Positions 8,280 to 17,294 are shown, numbered from the stretch's first letter. The stretch is DNA of 32,000 nucleotides from Candidatus Omnitrophota bacterium (GCA_963662715.1 OY759724.1:2040001-2072000), one strand, 5' to 3'. Numbers and translations: made by a program. Notes: generated by a model not told the origin, from the letters alone.

Positions 8280-9241
8280 TTTCACTGAAAAATAAACATC
8301 AGAATCAGCGTGCTCTTGTCATTTTCGGAGGGCCTTCTATTGTCGCGAACCGGTATCCTCTGCAGAGCATTGACAAAAGCCGGTATACGGTCTTCCTGGA
8401 ATCAAAGGCTTTAACGCCGTATTTCTTGAAATCAGGCCTGGTCCCGGATTATTATTTAATGTTTTTCCTTGAGAAATGCAAGTCGAATGCGTTCCAACAC
8501 GTGGTTTTCCAGTCGTTCCTGGCCGACATAAAATTGGATGACCTGCTCCGGGAACAATTCCTGGCAGAGTATCACTTTATGAAAGATCATTTTGACATGT
8601 TCTTTGAGCCTTTCCGGCCGCATAAAGGCCCGCATAAGAAATACCGCTATAGACCCGATGTGTTCCTGAAAAACAGTCCTTTGGATCTGCTGGCAAATTT
8701 TCCCGGGGTGGCAGGGCTGTCTATAGAAAGTAATTTCCAGGACTACGCCGGAAGTTTTTCTTATCAGAATCCGGTCCATAAATTTCATGTCAGGAAAGCG
8801 GAAAAGCAGTTTGATCTTGATGATTATTTTCATGTTGATGACGAGGGCGACATCCCGTCTCTTAAAGATTACAGTTTCTTAAACTCGGCGGCGATAGCCT
8901 TGTTCCCCATCCTGAAGTATCTGGGATTCGACAGTGTTTTTTTTCTGGGGATGGATATGTCCATGCTGGGGAGCATGGAGTTTGCCGCCTGCTATACTTT
9001 TAAATCCATGAAGCATTATGAAAAATTTTTCAAAAAGGCGCAACGGGTTTTCAATGCTTCGTTCAGGGAGAATAAGAGAAAATTCATGCGTCCGCCTTAT
9101 GACTTTGAGGCGGTAGAGCAAATTCTCTCTTACCGGGGAATGACATTTCTCAATATCTATGAACCATTTGAATATGCGATGCCTGTGCCGGGTATTCGCA
9201 GTATCTCATTTAAGGAATTTCTTAATGGAACAGTCCAATAA
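8276..9241 (+). CDS. Maf/DUF115 (MptE-like) or GT42-like putative nonulosonic-acid transferase
   Basis: N-terminal ALVIFGGPSI resembles the GxGPS(L/I) motif of Maf and Cst-II proteins. GLVPDYY. Later NSAAIALFPILKYLGFDSVFFLGMDMS resembles the S-G-x...ALG...I.L.G.D block. Lies immediately downstream of pseI with an ATGA overlap. Confidence 0.5.
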   Translation: MISLKNKHQNQRALVIFGGPSIVANRYPLQSIDKSRYTVFLESKALTPYFLKSGLVPDYYLMFFLEKCKSNAFQHVVFQSFLADIKLDDLLREQFLAEYHFMKDHFDMFFEPFRPHKGPHKKYRYRPDVFLKNSPLDLLANFPGVAGLSIESNFQDYAGSFSYQNPVHKFHVRKAEKQFDLDDYFHVDDEGDIPSLKDYSFLNSAAIALFPILKYLGFDSVFFLGMDMSMLGSMEFAACYTFKSMKHYEKFFKKAQRVFNASFRENKRKFMRPPYDFEAVEQILSYRGMTFLNIYEPFEYAMPVPGIRSISFKEFLNGTVQ

Positions 9242-9908
9242 TCATTCGGTTGGCGTTTTTTCTTTCGCAAGGGTGCAAAGCGAACGATGTTCGCAGAAAA
9301 TGATCCGCCCCTTTGGCGACACGACATTAACTGATATCGTTCTGAAGAAATTGAGGGAAATCGGGCCGGACACCTTTTTCGCCGGCTACGAAAAGGTGTT
9401 CGCCGATAAATGTCAGGAGGCCGGGGTCTCTTTTGTCCGCCGGAGTGAGCACTCTGTTCATATCGATGGTCCTATTACTGAAATCCTCTCATTTCTGAAA
9501 GACCTCCCGTATGATTACTTTCTGATCATCAATGCCTGTCTGCCCTTTCTGCCGGTCCGGACCATTAAGGATTTTCTGCAGTACTGTCAGCAGGATTTTC
9601 GTCCCGTCTTTGCTGTTATAAAAAGGCATAATTTTTATTTTGATCATAAACAGCAGCCGCTTAATTTCAATTTATCTTTAAAAACGATCAACACAAAAAC
9701 CGTGACCCCGGTGTTTGAATTTGCTCACGCGTTATATTTTTTTAAAAAAGACTATTTTTTTGAAACGGGACGCTACTGGGACTGGCAGGAAGTGCGCCTG
9801 TTTGAACTGCAGAGCAAATTGGAATTGTTCGACATTGATACGGAGGAAGATTTTTTGATAGCAGAGGGAATGAGGAGAACTTATGAAAGTCGTATTCTTG
9901 GTTCATAG
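9225..9908 (+). CDS. Second, divergent cytidylyltransferase-like protein (NeuA/CTP_transf_3-like)
   Basis: VGVFSFARVQSERCSQKMIRPFGDTTL fits the A-R-x-x-S-x-R-x-x-x-K...L nucleotide-binding pattern. ...YFLIINACLPFL. Start taken at in-frame ATG 9225, since the track's 9159 start would overlap the upstream gene by 83 nt. Confidence 0.5.
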   Translation: MEQSNNHSVGVFSFARVQSERCSQKMIRPFGDTTLTDIVLKKLREIGPDTFFAGYEKVFADKCQEAGVSFVRRSEHSVHIDGPITEILSFLKDLPYDYFLIINACLPFLPVRTIKDFLQYCQQDFRPVFAVIKRHNFYFDHKQQPLNFNLSLKTINTKTVTPVFEFAHALYFFKKDYFFETGRYWDWQEVRLFELQSKLELFDIDTEEDFLIAEGMRRTYESRILGS

Positions 9909-11235
9909 AACGAATTACTACCGGTATTTGACTCCGGTTATCCAGGAAGCCCTGAACCGTGGCCATGAGGTGGAATGCTGGCATGATTACAGCGCCCCTC
10001 GTCATGGCCTGAAAGGGTATAGTTTCCCTTTCTTGGAGCATATGCCGGTCTTTTCCGGAACCCGGCAGCCGACGCCTAAAGCCTTTGCCGGCATCGCCGA
10101 ACTGGAGCCTTTGCTGTATTCCCGGCAGATCGATGTTGTTTGTTCCATTTATCCGCTGAAGTTGTCTTTGCCGCATGCCTCTTTAGACAGTTTTTCTTTT
10201 ACTTGGGTGACGCTGATGACCGGCCCGGACAGTTTTTTCCAGATCCCCAAATTTGAATTATTAAAGAAGCGGGAAAACAAAGAACTGTTCATGGCTTACA
10301 GTGATTTCTTTGTTGAAAAAGGCCGGGTATTTCTGGAAAAATATTATCCCTCGCATAAAAATTATCTTGATAGTGATTATACAAAAGTTTTTGTTCCGGG
10401 CAACCCGGAGTTTGATGCCTTTCGTGATATTCAGGAAGAACATGTCCGTGATAAATACGGCCTGCCTTCGGGGAAAAAGATTTTGCTGTATCTGCCGTTC
10501 CCTTATTGCAACCGCAATAGACATTCTGCCTGGGAGAGGGCTTTTTGCGGACGGTTAACAGATACGGCGGTCAGTCCGGGAGGTTTGCTGGTCCATGATA
10601 AAAGAAGAGCTCCTCTGAAACGTTTTATGACGGATGTCAGTCATTTCCTTCGGATTTGCCGTGATCCTTTGAGCCTGGACTATCTGCTCAGGAAGATTGA
10701 TGAAGCGGGAGTCTTTAAATCGATTAGGAAATTTTGCGACAGGAACGATCTTTATCTCGTTGTCAAACCCCGGTTGAAATTCCCGGTTGCCGAATATGTT
10801 AAGGAAACAGCCGATTTGGTTGTTTGGGATAATGAACAGGAAGAGAATCCTCCTATATTGAAAGAACTGTTGTCCGTGACGAAAATCTGCGCCATGTATT
10901 TCAGCTTTGCGTCTCTGGCGTCTATATATCATCAGGTGTTTTGTCTCAACATCAATCTGCCTGACGAATTCTTCGTGAATGACGCCCAGCGGTTTTGGTT
11001 TTCCAATACTTTGGGGGGGAGTTTTAATTATCCCGGAGTTATAGAGACGTGGGAAATGGTCGATGTTATACAAAAATTGCCGCAGACGCCCTTAGAAACA
11101 TTTGATGTCGATGCCGGACAGCATAGGGAATTTGTCAGGAAATTTGTTACCCATGATGACACCCTTTCCAGCCGGCGGGTATGGAATATTGTCGAATCAG
11201 AAGTATCCCAAAAAAAGGATATTGTGGCCGTATGA
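9883..11235 (+). CDS. Uncharacterised protein, possibly GT-B/TagF-like transferase fold
   Basis: Long ORF with coding-like composition and translational overlap on both sides. Weak TagF-like layout: VFVPGNPEFDAF, KKILLYLPFP, LYLVVKPRLK, ICAMYFSFASLASIYHQVFCLNI. No diagnostic catalytic motif recognised. Confidence 0.35.
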   Translation: MKVVFLVHRTNYYRYLTPVIQEALNRGHEVECWHDYSAPRHGLKGYSFPFLEHMPVFSGTRQPTPKAFAGIAELEPLLYSRQIDVVCSIYPLKLSLPHASLDSFSFTWVTLMTGPDSFFQIPKFELLKKRENKELFMAYSDFFVEKGRVFLEKYYPSHKNYLDSDYTKVFVPGNPEFDAFRDIQEEHVRDKYGLPSGKKILLYLPFPYCNRNRHSAWERAFCGRLTDTAVSPGGLLVHDKRRAPLKRFMTDVSHFLRICRDPLSLDYLLRKIDEAGVFKSIRKFCDRNDLYLVVKPRLKFPVAEYVKETADLVVWDNEQEENPPILKELLSVTKICAMYFSFASLASIYHQVFCLNINLPDEFFVNDAQRFWFSNTLGGSFNYPGVIETWEMVDVIQKLPQTPLETFDVDAGQHREFVRKFVTHDDTLSSRRVWNIVESEVSQKKDIVAV

Positions 11236-13154
11236 GAAACAATGTTGCTGTTGTTTTGTGTTGCCATCATAAGCCGTGGTTGATCATGTCAACGTTGATC
11301 ACTTTGGCGGTGCAGGATTATCAGGATTATGATATCTTTGTCCTTTTTCAAGAGGGTGACGGGAAATGTCTTGATAAGCCGTCTTATAGAGAATATTTTC
11401 ATTTGGCGGAGAAACACGGGGTGAATATTCAACTGAGCCCGCATGACAGGCGGGTTCGGGATATTGTCCGTCAAGTCAGTGGTAAGAATGTCCAGGAGAT
11501 CTTCTTGGAAAATGATCATGCTCTTGATTCCGGTGCTTGGTATAAGTTTATCCGCACGAGGAAATGGGAGGAGTATGATTATATTTTTATGATCCAGGAA
11601 GGGACATTGCTGACGCGGGATAACGTTTTATCCTCATCTTTAGGGTTTGTCCGGGAGCGCGGTATTCATTTCCTTTCCGCAGGGCATGAAAAGCGGAAAA
11701 TGTCTAAGAACCATTTTTTGAATTATAATACCCAGGGGGAGCATTCGAGCGAATTTGACCTTTACCATGATGAACAGATTAAAAAGGTTTTTCAGATGTT
11801 TTGTCGCGACCCTGAATTTAAGGAAATCTTTTTGTCCTGGCGCCCTGATTGTCCTTTGACAACGCAGAATCACGTGCCGGATGTTTTTGTCCCTTGGAGA
11901 ATGAAATGTTACCAGATTTTACAAACTGTTAAGCACTTCGGGGAAATTTCTGCTTTCGGGCCGGCTATTCATGAAGACACTTATCGCCGTTCTTTGAAAA
12001 ATATTGTCCGTGATTTTAGTGTCTGGGACAACATCATTTTTCACAAGGATAATGCCCCCGAATGGTTCGGGTGTTCTTGCCAGCATCTTTTCAGCCGTGA
12101 GTTCCTGGAAAAGTTTTCCGCAAAGCTGGAAAATTATGATATTTATGATGTCCTGGATATCCCTTTTGCCGGGACCCCTCTGGAGCCTATTTGGGGATTT
12201 TTGCCGCAATGGCTGGGGTATGACAAATGGTTTTTTGACGGCATTCACCGTATCAGGAAGAATTTTGTGACCTATGCCAGAGAGGATGATCCTGCGGGTA
12301 TGTGCCGGTATATTCATGCTTATTACCGGGACAGGATAAGATTAAAAGTGGAGGGGGATTATTTAAGAATAGGGACACTGCATAAGAAGTATTGTCATGC
12401 TCGACATATGCTGGGGGCACATTTTTGGAGCGATGTTGAGCACAATGGAAAATCGAAAGTCGAGGGTGCCAAAAATTATTGGAGAAATCTGGCTATCCCG
12501 GCAAGAAATGCTTCTCTCATTTTTGATGCTGTCCAGAAATATTATGCTCGGCCGCTTCATCGAGTGCTGGAGTTCGGCTGTGGAGGAGGTGGAAATTTAA
12601 AATATTTTATGGATAAAATCCCCGGGCTTAATACTTGGGGGATAGATGTCAACAGCCGGGTCAATGAGTTGAGGGAGCAATATCCAAATTTTACGGGAAT
12701 AGTTGGGGATGAAAAGAGTCTGGCTCTGTTTGACCGGAACGAATTTGATGTGGCTTTTACGATTTCCGTCTTAGATCACATTCCTTCTGATTTTTTAGTC
12801 AAACAGGCTATCACTGATTTGACGCGCGTGGCACGGTTCGTGATATTGCTCGAACCTTATATTGAAGGGGTGCATGGCGATGTCTCGGATAAGAAGAGAG
12901 GGCAAGTCAAGAAAGGACTTATCAGGCCGGACAAGAAATTTGCGAAGCATTCTTATATTTGGAATTATGATGATATGTTAAAATCTATCGGCGTTACCTA
13001 CATAAAGTATCCTATGTCGCTACACGTCTCTTCGTTAGGGCCATTTTATTATCTTTATGTAATAGAGGCATTCTCCTTAGGAGAAGAAGGTCCAACCAGA
13101 GATTCTCATCTGACAGATGCCATAGGGGCCACTAATTTAGAAGAGTCCAATTAA
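11232..13154 (+). CDS. Two-domain protein: unknown ~420-aa N-terminal region fused to a C-terminal class I SAM-dependent methyltransferase
   Basis: ATGA overlap with the upstream stop (ATG 11232). C-terminal motif I VLEFGCGGGGNLKYF, then GIDVN and FDVAFTISVLDHIP. N-terminus VAVVLCCHHKPWL...DIFVLFQEGDG looks GT-A-like, but I could not recognise a family. Confidence 0.55.
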   Translation: MRNNVAVVLCCHHKPWLIMSTLITLAVQDYQDYDIFVLFQEGDGKCLDKPSYREYFHLAEKHGVNIQLSPHDRRVRDIVRQVSGKNVQEIFLENDHALDSGAWYKFIRTRKWEEYDYIFMIQEGTLLTRDNVLSSSLGFVRERGIHFLSAGHEKRKMSKNHFLNYNTQGEHSSEFDLYHDEQIKKVFQMFCRDPEFKEIFLSWRPDCPLTTQNHVPDVFVPWRMKCYQILQTVKHFGEISAFGPAIHEDTYRRSLKNIVRDFSVWDNIIFHKDNAPEWFGCSCQHLFSREFLEKFSAKLENYDIYDVLDIPFAGTPLEPIWGFLPQWLGYDKWFFDGIHRIRKNFVTYAREDDPAGMCRYIHAYYRDRIRLKVEGDYLRIGTLHKKYCHARHMLGAHFWSDVEHNGKSKVEGAKNYWRNLAIPARNASLIFDAVQKYYARPLHRVLEFGCGGGGNLKYFMDKIPGLNTWGIDVNSRVNELREQYPNFTGIVGDEKSLALFDRNEFDVAFTISVLDHIPSDFLVKQAITDLTRVARFVILLEPYIEGVHGDVSDKKRGQVKKGLIRPDKKFAKHSYIWNYDDMLKSIGVTYIKYPMSLHVSSLGPFYYLYVIEAFSLGEEGPTRDSHLTDAIGATNLEESN

Positions 13155-13204
13155 CGGCATTGGGAACGATTTTTTGATTGGCCTTATCAAGCAAGGAGGG
13201 GCAC

Positions 13205-13978
13205 ATGAAGGTTGTTATTCTGGCCGGGGGGCTTGGTTCGCGGTTAAGTGAGGAAACCTATTTGAAACCCAAGCCGATGATTGATGTCGGGGGCCGGCCG
13301 ATTCTTTGGCATATTATGAAGTTTTATTCCAGTTACGGGTTTAACGATTTTGTTATCTGCCTGGGGTATAAGGGATATATGATTAAAGAATATTTCGCGA
13401 ATTATTTCCTTCATGAAACGGATGTGACCATTGATTTGAACTTTAATAATATGCTGTTTCACGATTCGAAAGCCGAACCCTGGAAGATCACTCTGGTGGA
13501 TACCGGCCTGGATACCATGACCGGGGGAAGAATCAAACGCATACGGAATCATATCGATAATACAACATTTATGCTGACATACGGCGACGGCCTGGGGGAT
13601 GTTCCTCTGAAAGAATTGCTGTCCTTCCATCAGTCGCACAAAAAGATGGCCACGCTCACAGCCGTACAGCCTATCGGACGCTTCGGTGCTTTGGACATGG
13701 CCGGCCAGGCCGTTAAGTCTTTTATTGAAAAGCCTAAAGGGGACGGGGGATGGATCAACGGCGGGTTTTTTGTCCTGGAACCGAAAGTTTTTGATTATAT
13801 TGAAAATGACCAGTCTATCTGGGAAAAAAAACCGCTGGAAGCCATTGCCGCCGAACGGCAGCTGAATGCCTATCAGCATACAGGTTTTTGGAAGCCCATG
13901 GACACTCTTCGGGATAAAAGGGAGCTGGAAGAGTTATGGAATACCGGCAAAGCTCCCTGGAAAGTTTGGAATGATTAA
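13205..13978 (+). CDS. rfbF: Glucose-1-phosphate cytidylyltransferase
   Basis: MKVVILAGGLGSRLSEETYLKPKPMIDVGGRPILWHIMKFYSSYGFNDFVICLGYKGYMIKEYFANYFLH is near-collinear with Salmonella/Yersinia RfbF/DdhA as I recall it. AAGGAGGGG RBS upstream. Confidence 0.93.
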   Translation: MKVVILAGGLGSRLSEETYLKPKPMIDVGGRPILWHIMKFYSSYGFNDFVICLGYKGYMIKEYFANYFLHETDVTIDLNFNNMLFHDSKAEPWKITLVDTGLDTMTGGRIKRIRNHIDNTTFMLTYGDGLGDVPLKELLSFHQSHKKMATLTAVQPIGRFGALDMAGQAVKSFIEKPKGDGGWINGGFFVLEPKVFDYIENDQSIWEKKPLEAIAAERQLNAYQHTGFWKPMDTLRDKRELEELWNTGKAPWKVWND

Positions 13979-15068
13979 TTCGTTTAACAATATTTACCGC
14001 GGAAAGAAGGTCCTTATCACCGGGCATACGGGTTTTAAAGGGTCCTGGTTAAGTCTTTGGCTGAGAGAATTGGGGGCGGATATTGTCGGTTATGCTTTGG
14101 CCCCTGCCACGCAGCCGAACCATTTTGAGCTTTTAGACCTGGATATGGTTTCTGTCATTGACGATATCCGTCATCAGGAGAGCCTTGCAGCCGTTTTCGC
14201 TCAACACCGGCCGGAAATGGTTTTCCATATGGCCGCCCAGTCCCTTGTCCGGTATTCCTATCCCCACCCGGCGGAGACCTTTGAAACAAACGTTATGGGA
14301 ACGGTACATGTTCTGGAAGCCGTAAGGCGGTGCGCTTCGGTTAAGGCGATTGTGAATGTGACCAGCGATAAGTGCTATGATAATAAAGAGTGGGTCTGGG
14401 GATACCGGGAAACAGATCCTTTGGGGGGATATGATCCTTACAGCGCTTCCAAAGGGTGTGCGGAAATCGTTACAAACGCTTATCGCAATTCTTTCTTCCC
14501 CCTTCACCGGTATGGAGAGGAGCATCATGTTCTGCTGGCCAGCGTCCGAGCCGGAAATGTTATCGGGGGAGGGGACTGGGCCGAGGACAGGCTTGTCCCG
14601 GACATCATGCGGGCAGTGGCAGACCATAAACAAGCTGTGATCAGAAATCCTCAGGCGACACGTCCCTGGCAGCATGTTTTGGATCCTTTAAGCGGGTATC
14701 TTTTGCTGGGACAGCAGTTGCTCGAGGGGCGGAAAGAGTTTGCCGAAGCCTGGAACTTCGGACCGGCCGATGACGCTGTTCTGACCGTAGAGGATGTTGT
14801 TCTTGCGGCCCGTTCTTCCTGGGACAGGATATCTTTGAAAATGAATGGCCCGGAAGAACAACCTCACGAGGCGCATGATTTGAAGCTGGACTGTTCCAAA
14901 GCGCACCGTAAACTTCAATGGCAGGGGCTGTGGGAGACCTCCCGGGCGATACAGCAGACGGTTGAGTGGTATAGGGCTTATTTTGAAGACAAGACAATAC
15001 TGAGTCGTGAACAGTTGAAATCCTATATGAATTCGGGCAGGCAGAAGAAAGCTGTGTGGGGGGAATAA
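13971..15068 (+). CDS. rfbG: CDP-glucose 4,6-dehydratase
   Basis: YRGKKVLITGHTGFKGSWLSLWLRELGADIVGYAL... and YSASKGCAE (YxxxK) are classic RfbG/DdhB features. ATGATTAA overlap with rfbF. Confidence 0.93.
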   Translation: MINSFNNIYRGKKVLITGHTGFKGSWLSLWLRELGADIVGYALAPATQPNHFELLDLDMVSVIDDIRHQESLAAVFAQHRPEMVFHMAAQSLVRYSYPHPAETFETNVMGTVHVLEAVRRCASVKAIVNVTSDKCYDNKEWVWGYRETDPLGGYDPYSASKGCAEIVTNAYRNSFFPLHRYGEEHHVLLASVRAGNVIGGGDWAEDRLVPDIMRAVADHKQAVIRNPQATRPWQHVLDPLSGYLLLGQQLLEGRKEFAEAWNFGPADDAVLTVEDVVLAARSSWDRISLKMNGPEEQPHEAHDLKLDCSKAHRKLQWQGLWETSRAIQQTVEWYRAYFEDKTILSREQLKSYMNSGRQKKAVWGE

Positions 15069-15626
15069 ATGCAATTTTCTGAAACTAGAATTCCCGGTGT
15101 TTATATCATTGAGCCCAGGGTTTTTACGGATGAGCGCGGGGCTTTCATCAAGATTTTTCATAAAGAAGAGTTTCAGAATCACGGCCTGGCATGCGAATTT
15201 AAGGAGTCATTTTACTCGATCTCCCAAAAGGGCGTTATCCGGGGCATGCATTTTCAGACCCCGCCGCATGAACATGCCAAATTGATTTATGTGACCCGGG
15301 AAGCCATCAGGGACGTTATTGTCGATATCCGCCGCGGATCGCCGGCCTACGGGGAATATGTTTCGGTTGAACTGTCTGAAGAAAACCGGAAGATGCTTTA
15401 TGTCCCGGCAGGCTGTGCTCATGGTTTTTCCGCTTTGCAGGACGGCGCCTGTGTGATTTACTCGCTGACGTCGGTCTATGCCGAGGATCATGATAAGGGC
15501 ATCCGCTACGATTCATTCGGTTTTGACTGGGGGAGGATTGAAGCTCCCATCGTGTCTTTAAGAGACCAGGGGTTCCCTCCTTTGAAAGATTTTCAGTCCC
15601 CTTTCCGGTACGGGGGATCATCATGA
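15069..15626 (+). CDS. RmlC-family cupin sugar-nucleotide 3,5- (or 5-) epimerase, probably acting on a CDP-4-ketohexose
   Basis: IPGVYIIEPRVFTDERGAFIKIF...IRGMHFQTPPHEHAKLIYVTREAIRDVIVDIRRGSPAYGEYV...LYVPAGCAHGF are dTDP-4-dehydrorhamnose 3,5-epimerase family motifs. The ATG follows the rfbG stop directly. Confidence 0.85.
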   Translation: MQFSETRIPGVYIIEPRVFTDERGAFIKIFHKEEFQNHGLACEFKESFYSISQKGVIRGMHFQTPPHEHAKLIYVTREAIRDVIVDIRRGSPAYGEYVSVELSEENRKMLYVPAGCAHGFSALQDGACVIYSLTSVYAEDHDKGIRYDSFGFDWGRIEAPIVSLRDQGFPPLKDFQSPFRYGGSS

Positions 15627-16531
15627 AAGTTTTTATAACAGGCGCAACGGGGTTCATCGGAAGGCACTTGACGGAAACGCTGATACGTCGTCATACCGGT
15701 GTTGTCGCGCTTGTCCGTCCGTCCACGGACGTTGATCTCCTGGTCCCGGGAACAACCTATTATTGTGACCAGGGGGACACTTCGGCTTTGGTGTCATATG
15801 TTCAGGAACAGAAATTTGACGGTATGATTCATTTGGCGTCCCTGTTCCTGCCGCAGCATAACCCGGGAGATGTTGAGCCTTTGATTCAGTCCAATATCAC
15901 GTTTGCCGCCAGGGTCCTTGAAGCGGCGGTACAGGCGGAGGTCCCCTGGTTTATTAACACGGGAACATTTTGGCAGCATTACCGTAATCAGGATTATAGC
16001 CCGGTGAATTTTTATGCGGCCACCAAACAGGCGTTTGAAGTGATAGCCCAGTATTATTTAGAGACAGCCGGAATTAATTTTGTTACTCTTAAACTTAATG
16101 ATACATTCGGCCCCGGTGACCGGCGGCCTAAAATATTCCACTCCTGGATGAAGATGGCCGAAAACGGGGAAGCCCTGGACATGTCCGGCGGGGAGCAGGT
16201 GATGGATGTCAGTTACATTGACAATGTTATTGATGCCTACGTTCAGATGGTAGACCTGCTGGCCCGGGATCAGGAACGGAAATTCAAAGGCCGGTCTTTT
16301 GCGGTCCGTTCCCAGGAAAGAATGACTTTAAAAGAGTTGGCCGCGGTTTTTGAAGAGGTCACCGGCAAATCCTTGAATATCCGCTGGGGACAACGCGACT
16401 ACCGTGAACGCGAGGTGTTTAATCCCTGGGATCAAGGGCCGACCGTCCCGGGCTGGCAGCCGAGGGTGTCGTTGCGGGAGGGTATTGTAAAGACATTCAA
16501 GCAAGGAGTTGAACATGATCATTATCGCTGA
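15623..16531 (+). CDS. NAD(P)-dependent SDR sugar-nucleotide 4-ketoreductase, RfbS/RfbJ/AscF-like
   Basis: MKVFITGATGFIGRHL (GxxGxxG), FYAATKQAF (YxxxK). Overall layout resembles CDP-paratose/abequose synthases. ATGA overlap with the epimerase gene. Confidence 0.8.
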   Translation: MKVFITGATGFIGRHLTETLIRRHTGVVALVRPSTDVDLLVPGTTYYCDQGDTSALVSYVQEQKFDGMIHLASLFLPQHNPGDVEPLIQSNITFAARVLEAAVQAEVPWFINTGTFWQHYRNQDYSPVNFYAATKQAFEVIAQYYLETAGINFVTLKLNDTFGPGDRRPKIFHSWMKMAENGEALDMSGGEQVMDVSYIDNVIDAYVQMVDLLARDQERKFKGRSFAVRSQERMTLKELAAVFEEVTGKSLNIRWGQRDYREREVFNPWDQGPTVPGWQPRVSLREGIVKTFKQGVEHDHYR

Positions 16532-17237
16532 AATAGGGATTAATCATAACGGAAACATTCATCTGGCCCACGAACTGATCAAACAGGCCAAATTATGCGG
16601 GGCGGATATCGCCAAATTTCAGTTTTATGATCCGGACAAGATTTTCGGCCCTAAAGGCGCCTACCCGGATAAAGATAATTACGAATTTGCATTGACGGTG
16701 CAGTTCGGTTTTGAGGAAGCGAAAAGGCTTAAGGCCTGGTGTGATGAGGAAGGCATAGAGTTCATGGCGTCTGTTTTTGACGAAGAGAGGTTTGAGTGGA
16801 TGGAGGCCCTGGGGATGAAAAGGTATAAGGTCGCCAGCCGCACCGTGCAGGAAGAGAGTCTTTGTAAAAGAATTTTTTCCACTCAAAAAGAAGTTTTCAT
16901 TTCTTTGGGATTCTGGGAGAATGCGGATGTGCCTTATGATTATGAGAACGCCAAATACCTTTATTGCGTGGCGAAATATCCGGCGGAATATAAGGACATC
17001 CATCTGCCGGTGTCTTTTAAAGCCACGCCCTATGACGGCTTCAGCGACCATACGATCGGCATTGAAGCCGCGCTTGTCGCTGTTGCCAGGGGCGCGAATA
17101 TTATCGAAAAGCATTTTACGCTAAATAAGGGCCTTGTCGGTCCGGATCATGTTTGCAGTGCGACTCCGGAAGAGCTGAGCATCTTGTGCCAGCAGTCGCG
17201 GGAGATGGAGAAATTTATTAATGTGGCCGAAGATTAG
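16515..17237 (+). CDS. NeuB-family (PEP-condensing sialic-acid-synthase-like) TIM-barrel protein lacking the C-terminal SAF domain
   Basis: MIIIAEIGINHNGNIHLAHELIKQAKLCGADIAKFQ...YKVASRTV...GFSDHTIG...IIEKHFTLNK. Only 240 aa and ends shortly after the barrel. AAGGAG at 16503-16508 lies 6 nt upstream of ATG 16515; the track's TTG at 16509 is less likely. Confidence 0.7.
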   Translation: MIIIAEIGINHNGNIHLAHELIKQAKLCGADIAKFQFYDPDKIFGPKGAYPDKDNYEFALTVQFGFEEAKRLKAWCDEEGIEFMASVFDEERFEWMEALGMKRYKVASRTVQEESLCKRIFSTQKEVFISLGFWENADVPYDYENAKYLYCVAKYPAEYKDIHLPVSFKATPYDGFSDHTIGIEAALVAVARGANIIEKHFTLNKGLVGPDHVCSATPEELSILCQQSREMEKFINVAED

Positions 17238-17294
17238 TCCGCAAGAATCATTCGTGGAAAATCGGGCCCCGGTCAGCTGTGAGGGAGTAAGATT

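Noticed and set aside
9159-9224. Upstream extensions of the ORF-track starts (9159, 11181, 13178, 13866, 19793, 26588, 27909, 7182, 16509, 24015)
   Set aside because: These extensions run deep into the preceding gene or lack an RBS. Internal in-frame starts with Shine-Dalgarno sequences and homology-consistent N-termini are more plausible: 9225, 11232, 13205, 13971, 19826, 26606, 27930, 7224, 16515 and 24054. They remain unverified without experimental data.
13155-13204. Possible internal promoters in the larger gaps (13155-13204, 17238-17294, 20708-20758, 23995-24053, 31185-31293)
   Set aside because: I could not find -35/-10 hexamer pairs with acceptable spacing. Only Shine-Dalgarno sequences are evident. 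Promoter calls would be guesswork without TSS data.
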